Origin: Hyaloraphidium curvatum SAG 235-1
Taxonomy: Eukaryota; Fungi; Monoblepharomycota
Reading direction: 5' to 3'
Assembly: GCA_025558095.1 (NCBI GenBank)
Contig: JAIVFI010000010.1
Coordinates: forward strand, 496,001 to 560,000
Length of the DNA stretch: 64,000 nt
The translations under genes and the position numbers were made by a program. Every line of letters begins with the position of its first letter. The stretch's first letter is position 1. Below are positions 22,268-34,941 of the stretch, piece after piece. Below the pieces are notes generated by a model that was not told the origin of the DNA, made no database searches, and worked only from the letters and a program-made list of their open reading frames with translations.

Positions 22268-24008
22268 TCAGTGCTTTTGCTGTCCATGCTCAAAGATCAC
22301 CTTCTTGCCCAAGAAGCCGTCGATCTTTGCGTCGTCGTACCGCAGCACGTCCCGCAGCACTTCCCGGGTGTGCTGGCCCAGCAACGGAGGCGGCGACTTG
22401 ATCCTGCAGCTTCGCTTAGCAAATGAGAACAAAGCGACAGTTCGCAGCGCCCACTTGACGGTCGAATCGCTGTAGTGCACCGGAGGTCCCACGAGCTTGA
22501 TCTTTCCCGCCCTCGGATGATCGACCTCCTGGATGAGCTGCCGGTGCTTAATTTGGGGGTGCTGCGGCCGGACGAAGCTCAGTCGAAGCACAAGCGCGGG
22601 CCGCCGAGACGGCCACTCACGTTCATGGTCCGCTCCATGTTGTTGACGGCTCCGTAAGGGATACCGCTCCCCTCCAGGACCTCGCCCCATTCGTCCGTCG
22701 TCTTCTGCGCCAAAATGTCCTCCAGCATCGGGATGAGAACGTCCCGGTTCTTCACCCGCAGCTGGTTGGTGTTGAACCTCGGGTCAGAGGCCAGCTCCGG
22801 CCGGCCCAGTCGCTCCATCAGGACGTGCCACTGCCGCTCGTTCCCCGAAGCGATAATCATGTACGCGTCCTTTGTCCGCAGGGCCTGGTAGGGGACGATG
22901 GTGACGTGGCCGGAACCCCAGCGCGACGCCTCCTTGTTGGCGATGAGGTAGTTGGCGGCGATGTTGGCCAACGAGGCCACCTGAAACAGGGGATGAGCGA
23001 GGCGCCGCAAAGAAGCGTGAACAAGACCCACCTGGCACTCAATGAGGTTTACGTCGATCCACTGGCCGCGGCCCGTCTTTGTCCGGCTCAGAAGCGCGGC
23101 CATAATAGCGCCGTGCGCGTAGAGCCCCGTCGTCAGGTCCGTGATCGCCACGCCGACCTTTACGGGCGGCCGATCGTGCTCGCCGGTGATGTGCATCAAA
23201 CCCGCTTCTCCCTCCACAATCAGGTCGTAACCCGCTCGCTTGGCGTACGGTCCTTCCTGTCCGTAACCTTTGGAAAGGCCGGCCCGTCAACCACCATACA
23301 GTCAAAACAAGGGTTCATTCCCACCAGTCAGCGACACATAAATGAGCCCCGGGTTGATCTTGCTCAGATCGTCGTACCCCAGCCCGTACTTGCTCAGCGT
23401 CCCGGGGATATAGTTCTCAACGAGAACATCGCTCTCCCTCGCCAGCTCCCGGATCAGCTCCTGCCCCTCCTGGAGCTTGAAATCCACCGCCACGCTCTTC
23501 TTGTTCCGGTTCACGCACAGGAAGTAGACCGCCTCGGGCGAACCCCCGTCCAGGACCTGCGGCGCCGAGGGGGGCGCCCAGTGCCGCGTGTCGTCGCCCA
23601 TCTTGGACTCGAGCTTGATTACCTCGGCGCCCAAGTCACCCAGGATCTGCGTGCAGTGCGGGCCTGCGCGTCGTCAGGCCCCCAGAGAGGCGGGGGCGGC
23701 GAGGGACGCCCACCGGCGAGCACACGTGTCATGTCGAGGACGCGGTAGCCCTCGAGAGGGCCGGGAGCTCCCTCCGGCGCCTCGCGGAAATGCGACCGCT
23801 TCCCTGCCGCGGTCGCCAGGGATCGAGAGGGCTGCGAGGCGGGTGCGGAGGGGGATCGCGGCTTCGTCGCGGCGCGGGATTGGCGGCCCGCGGGAGAGGC
23901 GGTCGAGAGGGCGCATCGCTGCGGGGCGGGCGCGGAAAGGCCGGCAGGGAGGAGAACGGGCGCAGGAAAGCGCGGGATCGCGCGGGAGACGGCTCTGGAG
24001 GCAGCCAT
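22268..24008 (-). CDS. Family III CoA-transferase (CaiB/BaiF; succinate-hydroxymethylglutarate CoA-transferase-like), mitochondrial
   Basis: PLEGYRVLDMTRVLAG, GAEVIKLE..GDDTRHW, VNRNKKSVAVD, DVLVENYIPG, PVKVGVAITDLTTG, PPPLLGQHT. Confidence 0.92.
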
Positions 24009-24117
24009 TGCTCGTTTGTTTGGGCGGCGGATCGGATCCACTTCGGGCCGGGCCGATCACTCAGCGCGGCCGCCGAAGCACCGCCGAAGCAGAAAGCCGG
24101 GTATCTCACATTCTCCC

Positions 24118-25837
24118 CTACAGCAACCTCACGCCCAGCGCCAGCAGCATCACCGCAAACCCGTAGCACGCGAGCCCCAGCGCCATCCTCCTCGTCGCCG
24201 CCCCCGCCCTCGCGAACGCCGCCGCCGGCTTGCCCGTCCCCTCGCCCGCCAGCGGCTCCGCCTCGTCGTCCGTGCCGCCGCCCGGGTGATCGTCCTCGCC
24301 TTCCGTGACCTTCCAGTAGAACAGGCCGGGGAGGATGTACTGGATCGTCACGGAGCCGGTGGCGCCGACGATCGAGAGGACCGAGCCGAGGTTGCCGGCG
24401 GCCAGGATCGCCGTGGAGTAGGAAGCGACGAGCAGGGAGACGGAGATGCCGACGAAGCGGGCCTGCGGCATCCGCTGCGCCGCCGCGGCCGGCGCCGCAA
24501 TGGGCGGGGTGCCCGCGGGGGTCGGGAGGGCGGAGGCGGGGGCCGCCGGGGGGAAAAGCACCGTGAGGACCTTGTCGATCGAGGTGCGGGCCGGGTGGGC
24601 CTGGAGGGGGAAGCTGAAGAGGACGAGGAGGGCGAAGCAGAGCTGGCCGATCACGACCGGGGCGCGGTCCGACGGGTACTGCCCGATCAGGTTCGAGCCG
24701 ACCGTGCGGCCGAATGTCAGGTAGCCCGTGATGCCCAGCACGAGGTAGGTGCTGATGGCCGTCGAGATGGCGGCCAGGATGACGAGATTGACGAAGCGCG
24801 GCGCGTTGTCGCTTAACTCGTTGTAGACGGAGAAGATGTTCTGGTGGCAGGTAAAGGCAAAGATAAAGACGGGGAGCGACTTGATGGCCCTGAAGACGCC
24901 GAGCTCCGGGGAAAAGAAGAAGTCAATGTCCTTGCTCGGCACGCCGCCGTTGAGCTGGGCAAACATGAGCACGACCAGGAGGAGCAGGTACAGGACGGCG
25001 AGGAGGGCGGCCGTGCTCGTGTGCCTCAGCGAGTCCAGCTTCCGCAGCATGACCGTGGGGACGACCAGGGGGGTCGAGGCCAGGATCCAGAGGGTCTTTG
25101 AGCGCCACACCGAGTCGGGCGGCAGCGTGTGGCCCACGACCGCGTCGGCAATTTCGGGCAGCTGTGAAGCGGGTGCACCGAGCAAATTAGGTGAGGATCC
25201 GTTGAAGGGGCCAGCGAGCAACCCACCAGGTCGCCCGCGATCACGAGGTAGCTGACGCTGACGCCGAAGCACTTCACCGCGATCGCGGCATCAAAGAACC
25301 CGGCGGCGGCGGGGTACGTGATGCGGCTGAGCGCAAAGAAGCTCGCCCCGCGGGGTCCCGCGCGCCGCGCGCTCTCGGCGAGCAGGTACAGGCCGAAGCC
25401 CGAGCAGGCTCCGGAGAATAGGAGCATAAAGACGCCCGGGAAGAGGCCGAGCGAGGCGATGGCGGAGGGCTGGCGTCGGTCGTCATTGTCGGGAACGCAG
25501 GAATGGCACGGCGGTCCTGTTGCAACCCACCATGGCCAGCATGCCAGCGCCGAGCAGGGTGTTGGTAATGGCTGTTTCGGCGGGCCCGGCACGCGTCAGC
25601 GGAGCGAATCGCGCGTCCCGAGGGCAGAAGCGCACTTATCACGCTGCCGAGCACGGTGCCCGTGGGTAGCGGCACCGCGGGCGGGGTCTGGCGCCTCAGC
25701 AGGGGCTGCACGACCGAGTCCGGCGGCCCGGGGTCCGCGGTGGCGGGGTCCCCGGCGATCGGCTTCCGCACCGCGTCCTTCTCGTCAGCGTCCGGGGACC
25801 TAGCCGGGCCAGCCGAGCCCGGTGCGTCGCCGGGCAT
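24118..25837 (-). CDS. Vacuolar amino acid transporter (Avt5/6/7-like, Aa_trans family)
   Basis: ASFFALSRITYP..FFDAAIAVKCFGVSVSYL, LRKLDSLRHTS, LPVFIFAFTCHQNIFS, VGATGSVTIQYILPG; multi-exon. Confidence 0.9.
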
Positions 25838-26095
25838 TGTGCGGCGGAGGGAACGGAGCGGGACGGCGAACGGGTTCCCGGTGTGCGCGGCGCCTCTGCG
25901 CGGGGCGGAGCGGGGCGCGGAGGCTAATACCGCGGTGGTCCACGGCGCCATGTATCCATTGTCGGAGGCAGGCGACGCGGAAGTGAAGGGGGCCCGAGCT
26001 CTGCTTTTTTGAGACGGGGTGACTTCGCGCGGTCGGGCGGGGGTCGCGGGCGCGAAGGAGAACCAAGAAGCCAGCCCTCCCCCCCGGAGCCCCCG

Positions 26096-26656
26096 ATGGC
26101 GGACGTGGCCCGCCCATTCGGGCTGCCGTCCCCGGCGGGCAGCGCCGAGACGGCGTTCCCGTCGGCGCCCTTCCCCCGCGCCGCGGTGCCGACGCCGCCG
26201 CCCGACTTCCCCGAATCCCGTCGGCCCCCGCGGATGGCCGCCGTCCCGCGCGATGAGAGCCCCGCGCACCCGGCGACGCCGCCGACGGACGTCGAGGACC
26301 CGGCGGTCGGCGCTCGGGACGGGGACGCGGGCGCCCCGCACGCCGCACCGCCCCTTCCGCCCCGCCCCGCGAAGCCGGACGTCGGCATCGACCACTGGAA
26401 CAGGCGCCGCGCGGAATGGACAAAGAACCACGCGCCGCCGGAGCTGCCCCCGCCGCAGGGCCCGCCCTCGTCGCGCTACCCCTTCCTGGACGAGATCACC
26501 CCGCAGCACTTCGATTCCGTCTATTCCTCCCTCGTCACCGCACAGCGCAGATTCACGCGGCCCATGCCGCTCGATTTCGTCACCGCGGTGCTGGTGCACG
26601 GTTGGAAGCGCGAGGGGCTGTTTGCGGACGCCGCAGAGGGCTCGTCGCTCCAATAG
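26096..26656 (+). CDS. Gag1-like clamp (DUF4050) protein
   Basis: GIDHWNRRRAEWT and VYSSLV..RRFTRPMPLDFVTAVLVHGWKREG motifs after a Pro-rich N-terminus. Confidence 0.75.
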   Translation: MADVARPFGLPSPAGSAETAFPSAPFPRAAVPTPPPDFPESRRPPRMAAVPRDESPAHPATPPTDVEDPAVGARDGDAGAPHAAPPLPPRPAKPDVGIDHWNRRRAEWTKNHAPPELPPPQGPPSSRYPFLDEITPQHFDSVYSSLVTAQRRFTRPMPLDFVTAVLVHGWKREGLFADAAEGSSLQ

Positions 26657-26956
26657 TCCGCCGACCGGGGCCCGCGAAATGGACATGGGACAAAGTGGGG
26701 CTCGTGTTCGAAGGCAGCGGTTCCCCGCGGCGGCATCGGCCCGCCGCCGGGTCCGCTTCGGGACACGATCAACTTTGGGAAACGCGGTGCCGGCACCGCG
26801 GTCTGGATCGATTGGCATCTTGTATTGCACACTGGTTTTGTGGCGCGTTTCGTCGCCGGCCCGGGGGGCCCTGGATCTGTAAGCTATCGCACTAGAGCGG
26901 CCTGCTCTTGATCTCGGCGCCAGCCGCGTTCCGTCCCAGACCCGGCTCACGGTGAC

Positions 26957-27668
26957 CTAGCAAAGCGGCTTCGATGGGCCGGTAGCGGCGTGCACAAAGA
27001 GCTGCACGTTCTGCAGCTGCCTGATTTGCCGCTGCAGCTGCCGGATCTTGGCCCACAGCGCAGCCACGGGAAGTGATCGTCGCACCCGGCGCGACGGTCC
27101 GATCTTCACCAGGGTTCGACCAGAACACCGGGGTTTGCGCCCCTTTCCCTTCGTCACAGAGACCTTGGTCATCTCCTTGACAACCATACCCTCCTCTGGG
27201 TAGGGGATGAGCGAGCTGCGGGCCATCGACCAGGGTTACGCACCCGCGATCTCGACGATCTTGGTCGTCGCTTCGGCCGCCGCCCCCGCGACCGGGGCCA
27301 CCTTCGTGCACCCCTTCCGGACGCTTCCGGGCCCCTGCTTGCCGCCGTTGCCTGCATGCAGAATCATCGTCAGCCCGCGCGACGCGTCCGGGCCCCCACG
27401 CCTCACCCCTGGTCATGGCCGGAGGCTGCGTCGCGGCGATGCGCGCGGTGAGGCTCGATTTCGCGACCGCGGTGATCTTGTCTGCCGTCTTCGGTGCTTT
27501 TGACCTCTTTGCATCGGGGACGGGCAGGTTGCGGGGGGGCTTGGAGGCGTGCGCGCGGGCAGGGGTCGGGAAGCGGGAGGGGGCGGGAGTGGTGGACAAG
27601 GCGCGCGCCGGGGCCCGGAAGGCGGGCTTGGGGAAGAGGGAGAGGCTGCCCTGGAGGAAGCGGAGCAT
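26957..27668 (-). CDS. Hypothetical basic protein with mitochondrial presequence-like N-terminus (3 exons)
   Basis: MLRFLQGSLSLF..ARALSTT; two GT..AG introns join the ORFs in frame to ...KIRQLQRQIRQLQ..LC*. Confidence 0.5.
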
Positions 27669-27879
27669 GGCAGACGGCTGTATGCTGGGTGTTCAGAATT
27701 GCTGAACAACGCCTGCTTTCGCGCTGCGTGCGGCGGAGCGTCGATCAGCCTTCTCCTCAAACAGCGCGTTTCGGACGCCCTCTCCCCGCCCTTTCCTTCG
27801 CCCTTGCTGCATTTCCGGTGCTTGGCCGAGCAATCGTTTGCCGGCTGCCCCGCGAGAATCGGCGTTTGCGGCCAGAAGA

Positions 27880-30037
27880 ATGCTTGAACAGTTCGTCGCG
27901 CTCACGCGGACCGGCATAGTGCTCTACTCGGAGCCGGCGGCATCGCCAAAGCCCGATGACCCCGTCGCGCTGCTGCTCCGCGACGTGCTCGCGTCGGCGG
28001 CGGCGCACCCCGCGGGCGGCTCCCGCCCCGTGTTCCGCGCCGGCGGCTTCGAGGTCAAATGGCGCGTCGACAACGAGCTCGACGTCGTCTTTGTCGCGGT
28101 GTACCGCGCGGCGCTGGGCCTCGACCACGTCGACGAGCTGCTCGACAGGGCCGCAAAGGCCTTCGCGCGGCAGTACGGCGCGCGCGTGCGCGACCCCGCC
28201 GGCCTGATCTCGGACGAGGACTACGACTTTGCGGACCGCTTCCGGAAGCTGCGCATCGAGGCCGAGGGCGACAGGGCGCGGCCGCGGCGGGGGCCGCAGC
28301 AGGGGGGTGCGTCGCCGTCGTCGCCGGACGCCCCGGCACCGGACGATGAGGAGGTCGGCGACGATGACGCGGACGCGGACCAGAGGCCGCTGTCGGCCGC
28401 AAACGCGGAGCACCCGGAGGAGGAGGGGCTGCCGGCAAAGCGACTGTCGCCACGGCTGGCAGCGCTGAGGTCGGGCCGGGGCGGGGTGGCACCCAAGGGC
28501 GCGAAAAAGGGGGCAACGCCTCCGGCGAAGCAGACCGGATCGGACTTGGAGTGGGTCGCGCCCGCGTCCGGCAGACGCCGGCCCGCTGACGTCCGTGCAG
28601 CACCGCCGGCTCGGGCAAGAAGAAAAAGGCGCCGAGGACGTGGGACGGGCAGGCGCCAAAGGGCGAGGCCGCCAAGGCGTTAGATTACAGCGGCTCCGAG
28701 GAGGGTACGGTGGACGCGGCAAAGATCGAGGAGCAATGGGTGGGCTCCGCCGACGTCTTCCTTCCGCACGTGACCTCACCGTCGCTGCGCCGTCGCGGAC
28801 CAGATCGACAAGCACTCGCTGGGCCAGCGCAGCCGGGACGGGCTGTACGAGGCGGCCGAGATGGAGGTGGCCGAGGCCGACGAGGACAGCGGGGACGACG
28901 GGGGCGGCAAGCCGGCGCAGGCGTCGGGCGGCATCGTCGGCTTCTTCAAGAGCCTGACGGGCAACCGGACCCTGACCGAGGCGGATCTGGCGCCCGTGAT
29001 GAACCAGATGCGGGAGCACCTGATCAACAAGAACGTGGCCGCGCACATCGCCGCCCAGGTGGTGGACTCTGTCGGGGCCGCCCTGGTCGGCAACAAGGTC
29101 GGCACGTTCAAGCGGGTGGCCACGGTGGTCCGCGAGCAGACCGAGCAGGCGCTGCAGCGCATCCTCACCCCGCGCACCTCGACGGACCTCCTGCGCGACA
29201 TCATGGCCGCGCGCAAGGAGGGCAGGCCGTACAGCATCGTCTTTTGCGGGGTCAACGGGGTCGGCAAGTCGACGAACCTGGCCAAAGTGTGCTTCTGGCT
29301 GCTCCAGAACGGCCTCAAGGTCCTCATCGCGGGCTGCGACACGTTCCGGGCCGGGGCCGTCGAGCAGCTCAAGGTGCACCAGCGCAACCTGAACGCCCTG
29401 TCGCGGGACGGGAGGGTGGACCTGTTCGAAAGGGGCTACGGCAAAGACGCGGCGGGCATCGCCAAGGACGCCATCGCCTTCGGTTCGTCGGGTTGTTGTC
29501 CGCCGCTCGGAGCGCCGGCTCACGTGCCCCGTCTTCCAGCCAAGGCCGGCCACTTTGACGTCGTCCTCATCGACACCGCGGGCCGCATGCAGGACAACGA
29601 GCCCCTCATGCGCGCCCTGGCCAAGCTGGTGACGACCAACAACCCGGACAAGATCGTCTTTGTCGGCGAGGCGCTCGTCGGGAACGAGGCCGTGGACCAG
29701 CTGTCCAAGTTCAACCGCTCCCTGCGCGACTTTTCGGGCGTGCAGGACCCCAGGGAGATTGACGGCATGATTCTGACAAAGTTCGATACCATTGACGACA
29801 AGGTGGGCCGCTGCCGACGAGCGGCAGACTCTGGTTCCGACAGCGCCCCGCGTCCAGGTCGGCGCCGCGATCTCCATGACCTACATAACGGGCAAACCCA
29901 TACTCTTTGTCGGCACCGGCCAGACGTGTAAGTCTCGGCCAAGAAGAGTGCACTTTCGGAAGCTGACCCCCGAGCCCGCAGACACGGACCTCAAGAAGCT
30001 AAGCGTGCACGCCGTCGTCGCGACGCTTCTCAAATAG
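27880..30037 (+). CDS. SRP101: Signal recognition particle receptor alpha subunit
   Basis: MLEQFVALTRTGIVL (SRX domain), PYSIVFCGVNGVGKSTNLAK, DTFRAGAVEQL, DTAGRMQDNEPLM, LTKFDTIDDKVG, PILFVGTGQT. Confidence 0.95.
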
Positions 30038-30214
30038 ATCCAGGCGTCATGCCGCTATGATGGCTCCCCCGACGACCGCTGCCCCAATGACACCTCCAGC
30101 CGTGGCAACTCCGCGACCGAAAACTCTGTCCGTCTGATCCGAGAGAGCTGCGTTCTGCTGGAGGCTTCGGGTCCGTCGGGGTCGCGTCCCAGAATCGCCC
30201 AAGAGACAGACTCA

Positions 30215-30412
30215 CTACTGCATCATTTCCGGAGTCATCGGCTGCGCTGGTTGGAACTCCTCGGGGGTAATAACACAACAGGGGCACAGTTTCTCGAAGA
30301 GGCTCTTCTTCCGCGGAGCTGCTGGGGGTGCCGGCGCGACAGGCGGCGGAGGATAGTAGGGAGGCGGGGGAGCCACAGCGTCAGCCTCTGCGCCGGCTGT
30401 TTTGGCCGCCAT
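30215..30412 (-). CDS. Small Pro-rich protein with a Cys cluster
   Basis: PPPPYYPPPP..KKSLFEKLCPCC; a GTGAGT donor overlaps the stop codon, so the C-terminus is uncertain. Confidence 0.4.
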   Translation of the reverse strand: MAAKTAGAEADAVAPPPPYYPPPPVAPAPPAAPRKKSLFEKLCPCCVITPEEFQPAQPMTPEMMQ

Positions 30413-30652
30413 CAGAGGAACACGGATCAAACACGGATTCTGGGAGGTCGGGCGGGAAGAGGTTCGAGACGCGACTACCCTGAGTGCGACCGACCCACGT
30501 CCGCAGCGCTGGCGCGATTCCGCGAGCTCCCTGCCTTACCCGACTCCACGCTCAACACGGCCCTGGAGATCGAGTCGTCCAATTGGTGCTCTTCTGTCGG
30601 ATCAAGCAGCAGATAAGGACTCTCAAAACGTAGTCATCCTCCCTCCATCGAG

Positions 30653-31759
30653 ATGCCGCCCCGGCGTCCTGCCGAAGAACCTGCGGAGGATGATCGAGCG
30701 ACTCGCCGAGGCGCAACAGCTGCGGCTCGCCGAGCAGTCGCGGGTGGGACAGCGACGGCGGACGAGCTCGAGCGGTACACCCGCGCCATCTCGCGCAATG
30801 TCAGCGTCCGCGCCTCTCTGGGTCAGAGACCGGGCGAGGGTATTCGTACGGCACGAGAGGCGGTGGCGAACGGAACGGCAACCGCGGCGCAGCTCGCGGC
30901 CGTCGGAGCGGCCGATGCGTACAACCTGCAGCGCCGCCTGGATCACGTTCCTCGACGAGTTCAGGAAGCAAGGCCCAGTTCCCGGGCCGGACGGCGTACG
31001 ATGCGGAGTTTCTGGCGAAGCTTTAGGCCGACGTGCAGCACAACTTCGACCTCGATACGCCGTGGGCGCCCACATTCCCGGCACCCCCGCAGACGGCCGC
31101 GGATGCGCGCGTACACGTGCGCGACTACCTGAACCTCGTGTCGACGGACGCCATCAACCAGGCCGTCTGCGTCTGTTGCGGACACTTTCACCATCGGACC
31201 GAGTCCGAGTTCGTGACGCTGGAATGGCTGTCGGCGACCGGAAAGCTACGGATCCCGCAGTCTGTGGCGGATCTGGTGTACTTCCAGGACTTCCCAAACG
31301 ACGAGGAGCGGCAGGGGCTCATCATGGGCATGCTCATTGAGCCACTGGGCCGCCAGGCGGACGGACGCTGGGCTCTTTGCCCCGAGTGCCGAATTCCCCT
31401 CGAAAGTTCCGATCCTTTCTTGCTCCCTCCTTTCGGATATTCGAACGGCTTCTGGAGGGGCGTGGAGCCAGAGTGCCTCAAGGTGCTCACGTTGGCGGAG
31501 CGGATTCTGATTTGCCCTTATCGCGCGAGGTCTGTCTTCAGCTGGTTGGCGATGACATCCTGGCCGAGCTGTCGCCCAGACATCATTTAACCACGCTGCT
31601 GAGGTACGGTCTCATTCGTTTGGGCCTGAACTTCAGCTGACTGCTACCTGTCAGACTCTTCCGAGCCCTCCATCCACGCCTGTCAAGGGCAAGGGCAAGG
31701 GCAAGCGCAAGCCGAACCAAACCGCAACGGGCGCTGCCAAGAAGAACAAGACTACTTGA
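30653..31759 (+). mobile_element. Truncated Helitron-like ORF (DUF6570-type region that normally precedes Rep/helicase)
   Basis: VCVCCG ... LCPECRIPL..LPPFGYSNGFWRGVEPECLKVLTLAERILICPYR matches the C-x2-C..P..NG.W.G..P..L..LT..E..LI pattern; no Rep or Pif1 helicase follows; 3' boundary approximate. Confidence 0.65.
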
Positions 31760-34700
31760 TCTCATTCGACAACTACGCGTACACAACTTCTTTTCCGTTC
31801 TTTCAACAAACACTTCACGAGCCTAAACTTTAACTTCGCGTTTCAACCGTGTAAAGTGCTGTTTAAGGGTGTAGTGTGCAGCGGGTTTGCTCAACTGCTT
31901 CAACGCCAAACATTTGGGGGTCCCCTAACTTTGACCGGTTAAAACCCCGCTTTTTTATTATGAAACCGCTCTTACAAATTTAGGAGCCGACGCGCGCGCT
32001 TCTTAGCTTCACCTCCCTTGGCCATCAGACCCCCCGAAGATACGTGTTGCCTCGTCCGACTCGCGCCTTTCGAGCCAAACGGTTTGGCGCGCGCCTGCGG
32101 ACGCGCCTTGCTTTATCGGAATGATTTGGGGTGATGCTCGGTTGGTCCCTGCGGGCCGTGCTGGCGCCGGGCGCCCGCAGGCCGGTCCGCCGGGGCCGGT
32201 GCCCCGCCAGCACTCGAGCCGTGGTCCCGCGATGTCTTGCCGGGAAACGACTCCCCGATCATGGCGCGCATCTGATTCGGCGGCCCCGCGTGTGGTGCTG
32301 GCAGCCGCCTGCGGTCTCGTTCCAAACAACGCACACCGGAGCGTTCCCCGAGCACCGCGCGCTCCGAAACCGGGCCGGACCACGGCAGGCCGCCGAGGCG
32401 GCCAACCCTGCGCGCGCCCGCGCCCCGCAGTGCCCTGCGGCGCGCCGTGCTCCGGCGCCGGCCGCCGCGCCGCCGTATCCTCACCATCGCCCGGATCCGC
32501 GGAACCAGCGAGGCTCCGCACGGGACGGTTTCCCATGCACCGCGTCGCCGCCGCATCGGGCTGTGCCCTCGGGGCTCGGCGGGGAACGCGCGTCTCCCGC
32601 TCGCTCCCGCACCGACTGCTTAGGTGGACTCTGGACTGTACCCCCAGCGAGTCCGAGCGGTGACGATGTGCATAGCGGCGCGCTGTCGCGGGGAAGGAGC
32701 CACGGGCGGCGTGAGGTTGGACGTGATTCGGCGCCTGGAGACGCAGCTGCCCCCGAGGGGAAGGAGGAGGAGGTGGACGCCGCCGGAACCGAGGCGCGGG
32801 ATTGGTCTCGCTTGGGGTCTCGCTTCATCTGACGGCGGGGGCAGCGGAAGGCTCGTCCCGCGCTGCGAACCCCGGGGAGTTCGACGCCGTGACAATAGCA
32901 GTGCAGATCGGCACTGCCCGGCCACGTCGACGTGGCGACGAGGTGCAAGAGGGCATGTTCGGGACTCGTCGAGCTTTTATTGATCTGAGTGGAGACTTCG
33001 CGCGACCACAGGCTACTGTGCCACATGGCACCGCGTTCGCTTGCGGACGACTGGAAGCATTTGCTCGCAGAGTGGCCGCGGCATCCCATGCCGCGCCCCC
33101 CGCGGAGCTACGCCGCCGTCCCTCTGGAGTGCGGGGTTGGAATCGCGGGGCACCGGAGAAGGGGTGGGCGCCTTGCGTGAACCGCGGAGGCAGATGGCGG
33201 CCTTCGGATCGCCTTTCAGATGGCGCCAACGGAGATGGTTTGCGGGCGGAGCCGAAGAGGAACGCAGTCGACCGCGGCGCCGAGATCAAGGCTCTTTCAC
33301 CACTCGACGACTTTCTGAACGGGCTGGAGCCAGCCCGTTAGCTGCAGCGGAGATGGAGCCCAGCGCAGCTTCATTTGGTTGGAACCTGTTTTGGAAAGAT
33401 GTGCAATCGAAAGAACAAACACTACCATCTCGGAAGTTGATCCAAAGAAGATGAACATCGAAGACACCGTTGTTTCGAGGCCTGGCGACGAAAGCTCTCC
33501 CGCCGATGAACGAAGGCTCTCCCGCCAGATGGCTCCCAGCCTTCTCGTCCCAGAAGGTAACGTCCCCGAACCAACTCCGAATAACTAGAAGGTATCAGAA
33601 ACCTAAATGACCTGCCCAGCGTCACCGTCGGTCCAATGGCCGTTTCCATGGCGTTGCCTGCGCCGTGCACCCGTCCAGGCAGCATCGAAACCATCAGCGG
33701 TTCAGTTTCGCCAGAATGGATCCGTTAGTGTCGCCCAGTAGACATATGCGGCAGCAGAAAGCAACTACGGGGAGGAGACGGCGACCTTGGTGTAGCGAGA
33801 TCCCCCTTCCGCAGCAGAGTTGTTGACGGTCGCCCGCATTTGCCTCGCCTTGTTCCCCTCCAACGACGAGAACAGCATTCCCGCCATTGGCCGGTACCGG
33901 TAACCGACCGCTCTCGATCGATGACCAACAGCCCGGGAGAGCGGCGCCGCCGAGGATTCGCGGCGGGATGCGCACTCAAATCGAACGAGCGACCAGTCTT
34001 CGTCTCTCCCCCCCGCAGGTACTCGGCCGACAAGTCGAGTTTGATTCTGGGCGGGAAGAGAGGCGCCTGCGGCGCCCCAGGTAGGCAGAGACGCCGGCGG
34101 GCACCGACGCGGTCTGGCGGCGAGGTTGTGTTGTCCGAGCGGGCGACACGTGGCCCCGGCGCGTTTCCGGACGAGTCATCGCCGGCCGGCCGCCCCGAGG
34201 CTTGCTGCGCGGTGCCGCCTGTGTTGGAGATACCCACGGACAGCTGGCAGTCCGTTTCTGCCCACCCAACGCCAGACGCCTGGAGCTTTTGCAAGACACT
34301 TTTGTAAGCCTCGCTTTCCCCTGACGGCCGCGATTCGCGCTCACCTCATCGTACCCGCGGCAGAGCTCTCCTGTACCCGCAATCCAGCAATAGATGTCGC
34401 TGTCGCGGGGGCAATTGCCCGCGCGACGCGGCCCTGCACGTGGCTTCGCACGCCTCCACCTCCGAACCGCCCGCTTCCGGGCCCATCGGAGGCGTCTGAG
34501 GCCTCTTCTGCCGGCAACAGCTCGCATGGGAGCAGCGGCGTCCCGATGAGCTAATGACAGCGGGGAGGGTTGGCCGGCGCGCACCCGTCCATCACCCCCG
34601 CTGCTCTCCCCTTTCAAAGACCGCACACGGGAGCCGCGAACACGGCCCTGCGCCCCTTTCCGCAGTTCTTTCGCTCGAGCAGCTACGCACTCTTCGTTTT

Positions 34701-34941
34701 CGCGGCCGCTTGAGGGCCGGACGGCGGCGTCGGCCCCCGGAACCACGGACCGTACTCGTCGCGTACCGCGAGCGGCGCCGTTCACCGTTCTTTCCCGCGA
34801 CGCTACCGGTCTGTCATGGGCAAGCAAGTCACGGCCTAGGAGTCTCGTTTGCAGTCTGAGTCTCGCGAGCTGGTTGCCGCAGCTAGAAAGGTACTCGCTC
34901 GATTGGATCTCTATGTCCATTTCTCACGCAGCCTGCGTCAG

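Noticed and set aside
27757-29877. Long antisense ORFs (also 18474-20168, 52400-53707, 54695-56380, 57685-59052)
   Set aside because: Shadows of GC3-biased sense genes (SRP101, the LRR gene, TRA1).
32009-34850. Many overlapping ORFs in the GC-rich part of the island
   Set aside because: Low-complexity Arg/Gly/Ala/Pro translations with no recognisable motif or consistent codon bias, so not called.
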